A stretch of DNA of 64,000 nt from an uncultured Rikenellaceae bacterium (GTDB lineage Bacteria; Bacteroidota; Bacteroidia; Bacteroidales; VadinHA17), in the NCBI GenBank assembly GCA_964599235.1, contig CAZRDX010000009.1, positions 24,396-88,395 of the forward strand. Reading direction: 5' to 3'. The position numbers and the translations under genes are program-made. How positions within the stretch are numbered: the first letter of the stretch is position 1; each line of letters starts with the position of its first letter. Below the pieces are notes generated by a model. The model did no database searches. It saw only the letters and a program-made list of their open reading frames with translations, and had not been told where the DNA came from. Below, piece after piece: positions 9,427 to 19,853 of this stretch.

Positions 9427-9457
9427 CACTTCCACTGTAAAAAGAGGGTGTTCTGTC

Positions 9458-10918
9458 ATGCTGAAGATCTACAATTCGCTGTCGCGTCGCAAGGAGGAGT
9501 TCCAACCCATCCATCCCCCGCATGTGGGTATGTATGTTTGCGGCCCCACCGTATACGGCGATGCCCATCTGGGTCATGCCCGGGCGGCCATCACCTTTGA
9601 TGTTCTGTTCCGCTATCTGCAGCATCTGGGGTACAAGGTGCGTTATGTACGCAACATCACCGACGTCGGTCATCTCGAGAACGACGCCGACAGCGGCGAG
9701 GACAAGATCGGCAAGAGGGCCCGTCTGGAGCAGCTGGAGCCCATGGAGGTGGTACAACGGTACACCAACAGCTACCACCGCAACATGGAGCAGCTCAACA
9801 CCCTCCCGCCCAGCATCGAACCCCACGCCTCAGGCCATATCATCGAACAGCAGATCTTCACCGAGAAGATCCTGCAAAACGGCTACGCCTACGAGGTAAA
9901 CGGCTCGGTCTATTTCGACGTGGAAAAATACAACCGCGACCACCACTACGGCAAGCTCTCGGGCCGCAAGCTGGAGGAGATGATCAGCAACACCCGCGAG
10001 TTGGAAGGACAGGAAGAGAAACGTCATCCCTACGACTTCGCTCTCTGGAAGAAAGCCTCCCCCACCCACATCATGAAATGGCCCTCCAAATGGGGCGAAG
10101 GCTATCCCGGCTGGCACATCGAATGTTCGACGATGAGCACCAAGTACCTGGGTGAGACCTTCGACATCCACGGCGGAGGCATGGACCTTCTCTTCCCCCA
10201 TCATGAGTGTGAGATCGCCCAGTCGACCGCCGCTCTGGGAAAAGAATCGGTGAAATACTGGATGCACAACAACCTCATCACCATCGACGGGCAGAAGATG
10301 GGCAAGTCGCTGGGCAATGCCATCTCGCTCAACCAGATCTTCTCCGGCGATCATCCTCTGCTGGAGAGGGCTTACTCGCCCATGACCATCCGTTTCTTCA
10401 TCCTCCAGGCCCACTACCGCAGCACCCTTGATTTCTCCAACCGCGCTGTCCAGGCCGCCGAAAAAGGGCTGGAGCGTCTCCTCGACGGCATGGCCACGCT
10501 GGAAAAGATACGCCCCGGCGACAGCTCCACCTACGATGTCGCCGCTTTGGAGCAGCGCTGCCACGATGCCATGGACGACGACCTCAACACCCCCGTCCTC
10601 ATCTCCCACCTCTTCGAGGGGGTCAAACAGATCCACCTCCTCGCCGCCGGCAAGGGCAGCCTCACCGCCGACGACCTGGAGAAGATGAAAAAGCTCTATC
10701 ACACTTTCGTCCATGAGATCCTCGGCATCCGCGAAGAAGAGAAAGAAAAAGGCTCGGGGGAGATCACCGACAAGCTGATCGACCTGGTCCTCAGCATCCG
10801 GATGGAAGCAAAAAAACAAAAAGACTTCGCCACGGCCGACAGGATACGCGACCGTCTCAGCGAGCTGGGCATCGTCGTCCGCGATGTCCCCGGCGGATAC
10901 GAATGGGAATGGAAATAG
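9458..10918 (+). CDS. cysS: cysteine--tRNA ligase
   Basis: HIGH-type motif [15 protein letters not shown]-type motif KMGKSLGN, and WHIECS. Confidence 0.95.
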   Translation: MLKIYNSLSRRKEEFQPIHPPHVGMYVCGPTVYGDAHLGHARAAITFDVLFRYLQHLGYKVRYVRNITDVGHLENDADSGEDKIGKRARLEQLEPMEVVQRYTNSYHRNMEQLNTLPPSIEPHASGHIIEQQIFTEKILQNGYAYEVNGSVYFDVEKYNRDHHYGKLSGRKLEEMISNTRELEGQEEKRHPYDFALWKKASPTHIMKWPSKWGEGYPGWHIECSTMSTKYLGETFDIHGGGMDLLFPHHECEIAQSTAALGKESVKYWMHNNLITIDGQKMGKSLGNAISLNQIFSGDHPLLERAYSPMTIRFFILQAHYRSTLDFSNRAVQAAEKGLERLLDGMATLEKIRPGDSSTYDVAALEQRCHDAMDDDLNTPVLISHLFEGVKQIHLLAAGKGSLTADDLEKMKKLYHTFVHEILGIREEEKEKGSGEITDKLIDLVLSIRMEAKKQKDFATADRIRDRLSELGIVVRDVPGGYEWEWK

Positions 10919-10959
10919 GGAGGGGGATCGACCTTTCCCGCACCTGACAGGCGCTCACC

Positions 10960-11391
10960 TCACTCGGCACGCGTCCAGGTGGTCTTGCGCCCCAGGAACT
11001 TCATCCCCAGCACATACCCCTTGATCTTGAGGTCGTTGCCCTCCATCCACATGTAACAGTCGTAGGTATTGCCGCTCTTGGGGTCATAGATCCTTCCGTC
11101 GACCCATTCCTTCTCCTCGGGATCGTAATGGAATCCCCAGAAAAGCTTGAGCCCCATGACGGGACGGCTTTGCAGCTTGGGGTCGGGGTTCTTGTCATCC
11201 ACCTTCGGCTTGCCGTTCTCGTAAGGCTCCTTCAGCCAGACGATCTTGCCGGTGTATTTGCCATCCTCCTTGTAGATGTTGATGATGGCATCCTTCTCCT
11301 CGTTGTACCATTTGCCGAGGATGACATCTCCCTCCTGGGCATGCAGGAGCCACGCCGAGAGGAGGAAGAAGCTGACGAGCAGTGTTCTCAT
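10960..11391 (-). CDS. DUF2147 domain-containing secreted protein
   Basis: Signal peptide, then GKWYNEEKDAIINIYKEDGKYTGKIVW...GRIYDPKSGNTYDC...LKIKGYV, which is characteristic of DUF2147. Confidence 0.8.
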   Translation of the reverse strand: MRTLLVSFFLLSAWLLHAQEGDVILGKWYNEEKDAIINIYKEDGKYTGKIVWLKEPYENGKPKVDDKNPDPKLQSRPVMGLKLFWGFHYDPEEKEWVDGRIYDPKSGNTYDCYMWMEGNDLKIKGYVLGMKFLGRKTTWTRAE

Positions 11392-11440
11392 GATCGCTTG
11401 TTTGTTTTTGTTGGCGACCTAAAAATAAGATTTTTTTCGC

Positions 11441-12049
11441 TCACTCGATGTTCCGTTTCACCAGGCCATAGAAAAGGAGGTGGAGGAGGTTGTCGACATG
11501 GTGCAGCTCTTTCCTTTCTCTGCCGCGCCAGAAGAGCGGTATCTCGAGGCCTTTCATGGCGGTGCAGATGACCGTGGCGGCCAGGGTGGGGTCCTGCACG
11601 TAGAAGACCCCCTGGGCGATGCCCTCCTTCAGCAGGCGGGCGATGGTGATGCGCTCCGAACGGTCGTACTTCCTGCGGATACGCTCGATGAAGTCGTACT
11701 GCGCCAGCGAAGGCTCGAAGATGGAAGGATAACGGGCGGCGATGTTGCGCAGCGCCTGCATGCGTACCAGGATGTATTTGCGGAGACGTGTGCGCGGATC
11801 ATCGTAATGCTCCAGCACCTCGCTCAGACGACGCCGTACCTTGCCGGCCTCACACTCCACCACCGCATGGAAGATCTCCTCCTTGCCGCGGAAATAGTAG
11901 TAGAGTGAGCTCTTGCCCATGTGCAGCCGTCCGGCGATGTCCTCGACGGTGGTCTTGCGGTAGCCGTAGCGCCCGAACACCTCGCTCGCCGCCTGGACGA
12001 TCCTGTCGCGCAGCTGCCTCCGGGGATCGTGCAACGATGCTCTCCTCAT
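11441..12049 (-). CDS. TetR/AcrR family transcriptional regulator
   Basis: N-terminal HTH FGRYGYRKTTVEDIAGRLHMGKSSLYYYF. It lies directly upstream of the DUF2147 gene on the same strand. Confidence 0.85.
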   Translation of the reverse strand: MRRASLHDPRRQLRDRIVQAASEVFGRYGYRKTTVEDIAGRLHMGKSSLYYYFRGKEEIFHAVVECEAGKVRRRLSEVLEHYDDPRTRLRKYILVRMQALRNIAARYPSIFEPSLAQYDFIERIRRKYDRSERITIARLLKEGIAQGVFYVQDPTLAATVICTAMKGLEIPLFWRGRERKELHHVDNLLHLLFYGLVKRNIE

Positions 12050-12092
12050 CTTCTCCCGGCTCTGTGCCGTCCTTTGGTGCTGTTCCTGCTGC

Positions 12093-14243
12093 TCACTCCG
12101 CCAGCCGCAGGTCGAGCTGCCGTTTCTCCAGGTTCACCCGCGCGATCTCCACACGGATGGGATCACCCAGCGTGAAACGGCGTCCTTTTCTGCGACCGAT
12201 GATCGTGAAGTTCTCCTCATCCAGCTCATAGAAATCATCCGCCAGCTCCCGGATGGGGATCATTCCCTCGCACTTGTTCTCGTTGATCTCCACATAGATG
12301 CCCCAGTCGGTCACCCCGGCGATGATACCGTCATAGACGTGTCCCACCTTGTCGGCCAGGTATTCCACCTGCTTGTACTTGATCGATGCCCTTTCGGCGT
12401 CGATGGCTTTGCGTTCCATCTCCGAGGCGTGGCGGCACCGTTCTTCGTACTCGTCCTCGTTGACCGACTTGCCCCCTTTCAGGTAACGCTCCAGCAGACG
12501 ATGCACCATCATGTCTGGATAGCGGCGGATGGGTGAGGTGAAGTGGGTGTAGTAGTCGAAGGCCAACCCGTAATGGCCGATGTTCCTGGTGGTATAGACC
12601 GCCTTGGCCATGGCACGCAGGGCGAGTGTCTCGATGAGGTTCTGTTCGGGTTTGCCCACCACCTGTTTGATCAGCTTGTTCATCGAGCGGGCCAGGGCCC
12701 GGCGGTTCTCGGTACGCACCTCATAGCCCAGCTTGCGGGCGATGCGGGTGAAGCTCTCCAGCTTGTCCTCCTTGGGTTTGTCGTGCACGCGGTAGACGAA
12801 TGTCTTCTCCCGTCCGCCGCTGCTCATCCGCTTGCCCACCAGCTCGGCCACATGCCTGTTGGCCAGTAGCATGAACTCTTCGATCAGCTGGTTGGCCTCC
12901 TTGCTCACCTTGAAAAAGACCCCCAGCGGCGTGCCCTTGTCGTCGATGTCGAACTTCACCTCCACCCGCTCGATGTCGAGCGAGCCGTGGGCAAAACGGC
13001 GCTTGCGCATGATCTGTGCCAGCTCGTTCAGCTTGAGGATCTCCTTCGCCAGGTCCCCCCGTTTCGTCTCGATGATCTCCTGGGCCTCCTCATACGTGAA
13101 ACGCCGGTCGGAACGTATCACCGTCTTGCCGAACCAGCTGTCCACCACCTTGGCGTCGGGCGTCAGATGGAAGACGGCCGAGAAGGTGAGCTTGTCCTCA
13201 CGGGGGTTGAGCGAGCAGACGCCGTTGGAGAGATGCTCCGGCAGCATCGGCACCACGCGGTCGACCAGGTAGACCGAGGTGGCACGCTCGTAAGCCTCAC
13301 GGTCGAGCACCGTGCCGGGATGCACATAGTGCGTCACGTCGGCAATGTGCACCCCCACCTCCACCAGGCCGTCCTTCAGGAAACGTATCGACAGCGCATC
13401 GTCGAAATCCTTGGCGTCGGCCGGGTCGATGGTGAAGGTGGTCACCTTCCGGAAATCCCTCCGTCCGGCCAGGTCCTCACGCGTGATCTTTGCAGGGATG
13501 CGCTTGGCCGCCCTCTCCACCTCCGGAGCAAAACGCGCCGGCAGCTCGAACTCCGCCAGGATGGCATGGATCTCCGTCTCATGCTCGCCGGGATTGCCCA
13601 GCACCTCGATGATCTCGCCGAAAGGGTTCTTCACCTTGTCCGGCCACTTGGTGATGCGCGCGATCGCCTTCTGGCCGTTCTTCGCCCCGTTGAGCTTGGA
13701 ACGCGGGATGAAGATATCGTAAGGCATCAGCCGGTTGTCGGGGATCAGAAAAGCATAGTGCCCCGTGATCGTCACCACCCCCACAAAGGTCTTGCGCTTG
13801 CGCTCGAGGATCTCCACCACCTCGCCCTCCAGACGACGGTCGCGCCGCCGGGCAAAGAGATAGACCCGCACCTTGTCACCGTTGAGGGCATGATGCAGGT
13901 TCGACTCGCTGATGTAAACATCCTCGTCCACCTCGTCGCTCACCACATAAGCACTGCCGTAAGCTGTCATGTCCACCGTGCCCACAATGTAACCCGTCTT
14001 GCTCTTGAAACGGTACTTGCCGGGATGCACCTCCTCCAGCTTGTTCTCCTTCTTCAACTCATGCAGCAGTTTCTCGATCAGCTTCTTCTCCTCTTTCTTC
14101 GTGAGGTTCAGCAGGCCGGCGATCTGCTTGTAGTTGTAACCTTGGGAAGGATGATTGGAGAAGATGCCCATGATCCTGTTCTTCAGGGCATTCCTGTCCT
14201 TCAACTCGTTCTTATCTCTTTTGTTTTTCTTTTTCTTGCTCAT
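12093..14243 (-). CDS. rnr: ribonuclease R
   Basis: RNB-domain motifs (FTIDPADAKDFDDALS, YTHFTSPIRRYPD) and a C-terminal S1 domain. I use the ATG at 14243 (MSKKKKNKRD...); the longer 14447 start would overlap the divergent patatin gene. Confidence 0.93.
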   Translation of the reverse strand: MSKKKKNKRDKNELKDRNALKNRIMGIFSNHPSQGYNYKQIAGLLNLTKKEEKKLIEKLLHELKKENKLEEVHPGKYRFKSKTGYIVGTVDMTAYGSAYVVSDEVDEDVYISESNLHHALNGDKVRVYLFARRRDRRLEGEVVEILERKRKTFVGVVTITGHYAFLIPDNRLMPYDIFIPRSKLNGAKNGQKAIARITKWPDKVKNPFGEIIEVLGNPGEHETEIHAILAEFELPARFAPEVERAAKRIPAKITREDLAGRRDFRKVTTFTIDPADAKDFDDALSIRFLKDGLVEVGVHIADVTHYVHPGTVLDREAYERATSVYLVDRVVPMLPEHLSNGVCSLNPREDKLTFSAVFHLTPDAKVVDSWFGKTVIRSDRRFTYEEAQEIIETKRGDLAKEILKLNELAQIMRKRRFAHGSLDIERVEVKFDIDDKGTPLGVFFKVSKEANQLIEEFMLLANRHVAELVGKRMSSGGREKTFVYRVHDKPKEDKLESFTRIARKLGYEVRTENRRALARSMNKLIKQVVGKPEQNLIETLALRAMAKAVYTTRNIGHYGLAFDYYTHFTSPIRRYPDMMVHRLLERYLKGGKSVNEDEYEERCRHASEMERKAIDAERASIKYKQVEYLADKVGHVYDGIIAGVTDWGIYVEINENKCEGMIPIRELADDFYELDEENFTIIGRRKGRRFTLGDPIRVEIARVNLEKRQLDLRLAE

Positions 14244-14310
14244 GGTAGGTAAATAATTTTGTGAAATTAACGATTTCCGCCGATATTTGGCTTGTACCGA
14301 CACATCTTTG

Positions 14311-15069
14311 ATGGAAACGCAGTACGATACCGGTCTTGTTCTCAGCGGCGGCGGTGCCCGTGGCTTTGCCCATCTGGGTGTGCTGCAGGCGCTGGAGGAG
14401 GCCGGGATACGTCCTGCGGTCATCTCGGGCGTGAGTGCCGGCGCCATCGTGGGCGTATGCTATGCCGACGGTTATGCTCCCGCCGAGATCATGGATCTTT
14501 TCGTCCGCAAGAAGCTTTTCTCCCTGGTACGTTTCACCGTCCCGCGCAACGGCTTTCTGCGTCTCACGGGGCTGCACGACCTGCTGCGCACCGCCCTGCG
14601 CGCCCGCACCTTCGAGGAGCTGCGGCATCCGCTCTGGATCACCGTCACCAACCTCAATAAGGGCCGGGTCGAATACATCCACGAAGGACCGCTCGCCGAT
14701 GTCATCATCGCCTCGGCCAGCATCCCCATCCTCTTCGCCCCGCACCGCATCGGGAAATACCAGTATTGCGACGGCGGCGTCTTCGACGTCCTGCCCGTCA
14801 CCCCCATCCGTCACCTGTGCCGCACGATCATCGGCGTCAACGTCAACCCCCACTGGGAGGAAGAGAACATCTCCGGTCTCATCAAGATGGCCGAATGGTC
14901 GTTCTACCTCCGCATCCTCGCCTCGGTTAGGAAGAACCTGGAGGAGTGCGACATCCGCATCGACCCCCAGGAGCTGAAAGGCTTCGGCATCTTCGACATC
15001 TCCCGTGCCCGGGAGATGTTCGACATCGGTTATCGCGAGGCACGCCGTGTGCTGGAAGCTTCCCGCTGA
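14311..15069 (+). CDS. patatin-like phospholipase
   Basis: Oxyanion motif LSGGGARG, nucleophile elbow GVSAG, and catalytic DGG (YCDGGV). The first ATG is at 14311. Confidence 0.85.
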   Translation: METQYDTGLVLSGGGARGFAHLGVLQALEEAGIRPAVISGVSAGAIVGVCYADGYAPAEIMDLFVRKKLFSLVRFTVPRNGFLRLTGLHDLLRTALRARTFEELRHPLWITVTNLNKGRVEYIHEGPLADVIIASASIPILFAPHRIGKYQYCDGGVFDVLPVTPIRHLCRTIIGVNVNPHWEEENISGLIKMAEWSFYLRILASVRKNLEECDIRIDPQELKGFGIFDISRAREMFDIGYREARRVLEASR

Positions 15070-15078
15070 GCACTCCCC

Positions 15079-16056
15079 TCAGAAAGCAGCCCGGGCGATG
15101 CGCCGTATGTTGTCGGCCTTGCCCATGGTGAAGAAATGCACCACCGGCACGCCGTGGGCGATCAGCTCGCGCGTCTGTTGGATGCCCCATTCGATGCCTG
15201 CCTCGTAGACCTCCCTGTCGTCACGGCAGCGCAGCACCTCCTTCACCAGCTCTTCCGGCAGGCTGATGTGAAAGGTGGAGGGGAGCAGCGTCAGCTGCCG
15301 CCGTGTCGAGAGAGGCTTCAGGCCGGGGATGATCGGCACCGTGATGCCCGCCGCACGGCACCGCCGCTCGAACTCGAAAAAACGCTCGTTGTCGAAGAAC
15401 ATCTGCGTGACGATGAACTCCGCCCCCGCCTCCACCTTTTTCTTCAGGAAGTGGATGTCCGACTCGATGTTGGGTGCCTCGGCATGTTTCTCCGGGTATC
15501 CGGCCACCCCCACGCAGAAGTCGGTGGCGCTGGGCTCCACCAGGTCGGGATCGAGGTAGATCCCCTCGTTCATGTTGATGATCTGCTGCACCAGTTCCAG
15601 GGCATGGGCATGGCCTCCCTTTTCGGGCACGAAGGTGCCGCTGCCGCGGGGCGGATCTCCACGCACGGCCAGCACGTTGCGTATGCCCAGAAAGTTCAGG
15701 TCGATCAGCGCGTTCTCCGTCTCCTCGCGCGTGAAACCCCCGCAGATGAGGTGCGGCACCACCATCACCTTGTAACGATGACGTATGGCCGCCGAGATGG
15801 CCACGGTGCCCGGCCGCTTCCACACCGTCCGCCGCTCCAGCAAACCCTCCTTCACCTTGCGGTAGACCACCTCCTCCTGGTGATAGGTGACGTTGATGTA
15901 TAGCGGATCGAACTCCATCAGCGGGTCGATACGCTCGTAGATGTATCCGATGTCCTTCCCTTTGGGCGGGGGAAGCAGCTCGAACGAGAAACGCGTGGAA
16001 GAGAGCCCTTTCAGGGCCTCAGACAGCTTGATGTCGGTCAGATCATTCATGATCAC
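15079..16056 (-). CDS. metF: methylenetetrahydrofolate reductase
   Basis: FSFELLPPPKG...INVTYHQEE...GYPEKH motifs. It overlaps the metH stop by 14 nt. Confidence 0.9.
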   Translation of the reverse strand: MIMNDLTDIKLSEALKGLSSTRFSFELLPPPKGKDIGYIYERIDPLMEFDPLYINVTYHQEEVVYRKVKEGLLERRTVWKRPGTVAISAAIRHRYKVMVVPHLICGGFTREETENALIDLNFLGIRNVLAVRGDPPRGSGTFVPEKGGHAHALELVQQIINMNEGIYLDPDLVEPSATDFCVGVAGYPEKHAEAPNIESDIHFLKKKVEAGAEFIVTQMFFDNERFFEFERRCRAAGITVPIIPGLKPLSTRRQLTLLPSTFHISLPEELVKEVLRCRDDREVYEAGIEWGIQQTRELIAHGVPVVHFFTMGKADNIRRIARAAF

Positions 16057-19000
16057 GCAAGATAAGATGGGAAAGATAACGTTCCGCCTCTTCCAGGGGG
16101 ATGCCCCGTCGCAGAGCGTAGTCGGCCACCTGATCCTCCAGCACGTGGCGTATGTCGAAATAGACCGCCTCGGGATGCGAGAAGATGAGCCCGCTCACCG
16201 AGGCGGCGGGCTCCATGGCAAAGCTCCCGGTGAGACGGATGCCGGTATGCTGTTCGGCCTCCAGCAGGTCAAAGAGATTCCTCTTCTCCGAATGGTCGGG
16301 ACAGGCGGGATAGCCGTAAGCAGGACGGATGCCGCGGTATTTCATGCGGAACAGCTCCTCTTTGCTGAGCTGTTCGTCGGGGGCGAAGCCCCACAGCTCC
16401 CTGCGCACCTTCTCGTGCAGCCATTCGGTGGCGGCCTCGGCCAGACGGTCGGCCAGGGCCTTCACCATCAGGGCACGGAAGTCGTCGTGCTCGCGGGCGA
16501 AACGCTCCACGTAATGCTCCAGTCCGATGCCTCCCGTGACGGCAAAGAGGCCTATGTGGTCGCGCAGGGCCGTCCCCGCCGGGGCAATGAAATCACTCAG
16601 GCAGAGATTATGGCCCGAGGGGGTGCGGGCTTCCTGCTGACGCAGGTGGTAGAGCACCCCTTTCTCTTTCTTTCTCTCGTCATCCTCATAGACGACGATG
16701 TCGTCGCCGCGGGCGGCGGCCGGCAGCAGGCTCACCACCCCCCGCACCTTCAGGATGTTCTCGCGCTCCAGTCTCTCCAGACAGCGCAGCCCCTCCTCAT
16801 AGACGCGCCGTGCCTCCTCACCCCGCTCAGGATGATCGAGGATGCCGGGGAACTTGCCCTTCAGCTCCCACACATGGAAGAAGAAGGTCCAGTCGATGTA
16901 GGGGATCACCTCCCGCAGGGGTATATCGTCGAAGACCGTGGTGCCGGGGCGGCGGGGCGGCGGCGGCTCGTAATGGTCCCAGTCGGGCCGGAAACGCCGT
17001 TGCCGGGCCTCCTCGAGGGTGAGGTACTGCCCGGGACGGCGGCGGTTCATCCGGCGCAGCTGCTCATAGTAGAGGTCGGTCTCCTTCAGGAAACGCTCTT
17101 TCTCGCGCGAGAGGAGGCTGCTCACCACTGCCACACTGCGTGAGGCATCCCTGACGTGCACCACGCCGTGACTGTAATGCGGGCGTATCTTCACCGCCGT
17201 ATGCATCACCGAGGTGGTGGCCCCGCCGACGAGGAGGGGCTGCGTGAAGCCTTTGCGCTCCATCTCGCCGGCGACGTGCACCATCTCCTCCAGCGAGGGG
17301 GTGATCAGCCCGCTCAGCCCCACGATGTCGGCCTGCTCGCGACGTACCGTCTCGAGGATCTTCTCCGCCGGCACCATCACCCCCAGGTCGATGATCTCGT
17401 AATTGTTGCACTGCAGGACGATGCCCACGATGTTCTTGCCAATGTCATGGACGTCGCCGCGTACCGTGGCCAACACCACCTTGCCGGCAGCCTGCTGCCG
17501 GCCGCCGCCCGCGGCTTTCTCCTCCTCGAGCACCGGCTCGAGCACCGCCACCGCCTTCTTCATCACCCGCGCACTCTTGATCACCTGGGGCAGGAACATC
17601 TTCCCCGAACCGAAGAGGTCCCCCACCTTGTTCATCCCCTCCATCATGGGCCCTTCGATGATGTCGAGGGCGGTGGGATAGGTGCGTATGGCCTCTTGCA
17701 TGTCCTCCTCCACGTGGTCGGGGATACCCTTCACCAGCGAGTGGATGATCCTCTCGCGGAGGGGCAGGTCACGCCAGCTCTCTTTCTTTTGCTCCTGCTC
17801 CCTGTCCGTGCCGGCAGCCTGTTCGGCATATTCCAGCAACCGCTCGGTGGCGTCGGGACGCCTGTCGAAGATCAGATCCTCCACACGCTCCAGCAGCCCG
17901 GGCGGGATCTCGTCGTAGAGGGGCAGCTTGCCAGCATTGACGATGGCCATATCGAGGCCGGCCTTCACGGCATGGTAGAGGAAGGCGGCGTGCATAGCTT
18001 CGCGGATGGTGTTCTGGCCGCGGAAGGCAAAAGAGAGGTTGCTGATGCCTCCGCTGGTATAGGCATGCGGGAGATGCTCCTTGACCCACCGCACCGCCTC
18101 GATGAACTCCACAGCATAGCGGTTGTGCTCCTCGATGCCTGTGCCGATGGCCAGGACGTTGAGGTCGAAAATGATGTCTTCGGGAGGGAACTGGACCTTT
18201 TCGGTGAGGAGCCGGTAGGCTCTCGCGGCGATGGCAGTGCGCCGTGCGAAGGAGGTGGCCTGTCCCTCCTCGTCGAAGGCCATCACCACCACGGCCGCGC
18301 CGTAGCGGCGTATCGCCCTGGCGCGGGCGAGGAACGCTTCCTCACCCTCTTTCAGGCTGATGGAGTTGACGATGCCTTTGCCCTGCAGACATTTCAGGCC
18401 GGCTTCCAGCACCTCCCATTTGGAGGAGTCGACCATCACCGGCACGCGGGCAATATCAGGGTCGGCGGCCAGCAGGTTGAGGAAGGTCACCATGGCGCGG
18501 CGGGCATCGAGCATGGCATCGTCCATGCTGACGTCGATGATCTGGGCGCCGTTCTCCACCTGCTGACGTGCCACGGCCAGCGCCTCCTCATATTGCTCCT
18601 CGCGGATGAGCCGCGCAAAACGACGTGACCCCGCCACATTGGTGCGTTCGCCTATGTTGATCAGATTACTCCCTCTGAACACCTTCAGCGGCTCCTGGCC
18701 AGCCAGACGCAGGAGAGGCTCCTGCACGGGAGGGACACGCGGCGTCCTGCCCTCCGCCCTTCTCACGAACTCGCGAATATGATCGGGCGTAGTGCCGCAG
18801 CACCCTCCGATGATGTTGACATGGCCGCCCTGTATCAGTCTTTCCAGCACCTCACCCATCTCCTTGGGGGTCGACTCGTATTCCCCGAACTGGTTGGGGA
18901 AGCCGGCGTTGGGATGCACGCTCACCGGCAGGGGGGTAAGCTGCGACAGCTCCTCGACGAAAGGCTCCAGCTCCTCGGCACCCATGGAGCAGTTCAGACC

Positions 19001-19732
19001 TATGCTGAAGAGCGGGGCATGCGAGATGCTGATGACGAAAGCCTCCAGCGTCTGGCCCGAGAGGGTCCTGCCGCTGGCATCGACGAGGGTCACCGACACC
19101 ATCACCGGCAGACGGCGGCCGGTGGCCTCGAACACCTCCTCCAGGGCGGCCAGCCCGGCCTTGGCATTGAGGGTGTCGAAGACCGTCTCGAGCATCAGCA
19201 GGTCGACACCCCCTTCGATGAGGGCCTGTGCCTGCTCGGCATACACCTCCCGCAGATCGTCGAAGGTGACGGCCCGGTAGGCGGGATCCTCCACCCGGGG
19301 CGAGATGGAAGCGGTCTTGTTGGTAGGCCCCATGGTGCCGATGACGAAACGCGGCCGGGCAGGGTCGCGGTGCGAAAAAGCGTCGGCAGCCTCCCGCGCC
19401 AGACGAGCCGCCGCCACATTGATCTCATACACCAGCTCCTCCATGCCGTAATCGGCCAGAGAGATGCGGTTGGCATTGAACGTGTTGGTCTCCACCAGAT
19501 CGGCCCCCGCCTCCAGATAACGCTCATGGATCTCCCGGATGAGGGCGGGCTGCGTCAGCACCAGCAGGTCGTTGTTGCCCTTCTGCATGCGGGGATGGTC
19601 ACGAAAACGCTCCCCACGGTAATCCTCCTCCGTAAGACCATAACCCTGGATCATCGTCCCCATGGCACCATCCATCACCAGGATACGCTCCTGCAGGATC
19701 TTTCTCAGTATTTTCGAGCTGTTGCTTTCCAT
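16043..19732 (-). CDS. metH: cobalamin-dependent methionine synthase
   Basis: The 1229-aa protein has Hcy-binding, pterin-binding, B12-binding (TVRGDVHDIGKNIV, a DxHxxG motif) and AdoMet-activation modules in the canonical order. Confidence 0.95.
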   Translation of the reverse strand: MESNSSKILRKILQERILVMDGAMGTMIQGYGLTEEDYRGERFRDHPRMQKGNNDLLVLTQPALIREIHERYLEAGADLVETNTFNANRISLADYGMEELVYEINVAAARLAREAADAFSHRDPARPRFVIGTMGPTNKTASISPRVEDPAYRAVTFDDLREVYAEQAQALIEGGVDLLMLETVFDTLNAKAGLAALEEVFEATGRRLPVMVSVTLVDASGRTLSGQTLEAFVISISHAPLFSIGLNCSMGAEELEPFVEELSQLTPLPVSVHPNAGFPNQFGEYESTPKEMGEVLERLIQGGHVNIIGGCCGTTPDHIREFVRRAEGRTPRVPPVQEPLLRLAGQEPLKVFRGSNLINIGERTNVAGSRRFARLIREEQYEEALAVARQQVENGAQIIDVSMDDAMLDARRAMVTFLNLLAADPDIARVPVMVDSSKWEVLEAGLKCLQGKGIVNSISLKEGEEAFLARARAIRRYGAAVVVMAFDEEGQATSFARRTAIAARAYRLLTEKVQFPPEDIIFDLNVLAIGTGIEEHNRYAVEFIEAVRWVKEHLPHAYTSGGISNLSFAFRGQNTIREAMHAAFLYHAVKAGLDMAIVNAGKLPLYDEIPPGLLERVEDLIFDRRPDATERLLEYAEQAAGTDREQEQKKESWRDLPLRERIIHSLVKGIPDHVEEDMQEAIRTYPTALDIIEGPMMEGMNKVGDLFGSGKMFLPQVIKSARVMKKAVAVLEPVLEEEKAAGGGRQQAAGKVVLATVRGDVHDIGKNIVGIVLQCNNYEIIDLGVMVPAEKILETVRREQADIVGLSGLITPSLEEMVHVAGEMERKGFTQPLLVGGATTSVMHTAVKIRPHYSHGVVHVRDASRSVAVVSSLLSREKERFLKETDLYYEQLRRMNRRRPGQYLTLEEARQRRFRPDWDHYEPPPPRRPGTTVFDDIPLREVIPYIDWTFFFHVWELKGKFPGILDHPERGEEARRVYEEGLRCLERLERENILKVRGVVSLLPAAARGDDIVVYEDDERKKEKGVLYHLRQQEARTPSGHNLCLSDFIAPAGTALRDHIGLFAVTGGIGLEHYVERFAREHDDFRALMVKALADRLAEAATEWLHEKVRRELWGFAPDEQLSKEELFRMKYRGIRPAYGYPACPDHSEKRNLFDLLEAEQHTGIRLTGSFAMEPAASVSGLIFSHPEAVYFDIRHVLEDQVADYALRRGIPLEEAERYLSHLILRDHE

Positions 19733-19853
19733 GTTTGCTCTTTCAGGCCAGGGGTCTGTACAAAATTATTCTTTTTCTTCCACTCAGCCCTTCTCCCCCC
19801 GACAAGGGATCCCGGGCGGTTCCATGACAGTGAGGGAATCGGCCCTTCCCATT

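Noticed and set aside
19733-19853. The 121-nt metX-metH spacer was considered as a cobalamin riboswitch, given that metH is B12-dependent.
   Set aside because: It is too short for a B12 aptamer (about 200 nt). I could find neither a B12-box-like GCCACUG core nor any convincing multi-helix fold. It is more likely a simple intercistronic spacer.
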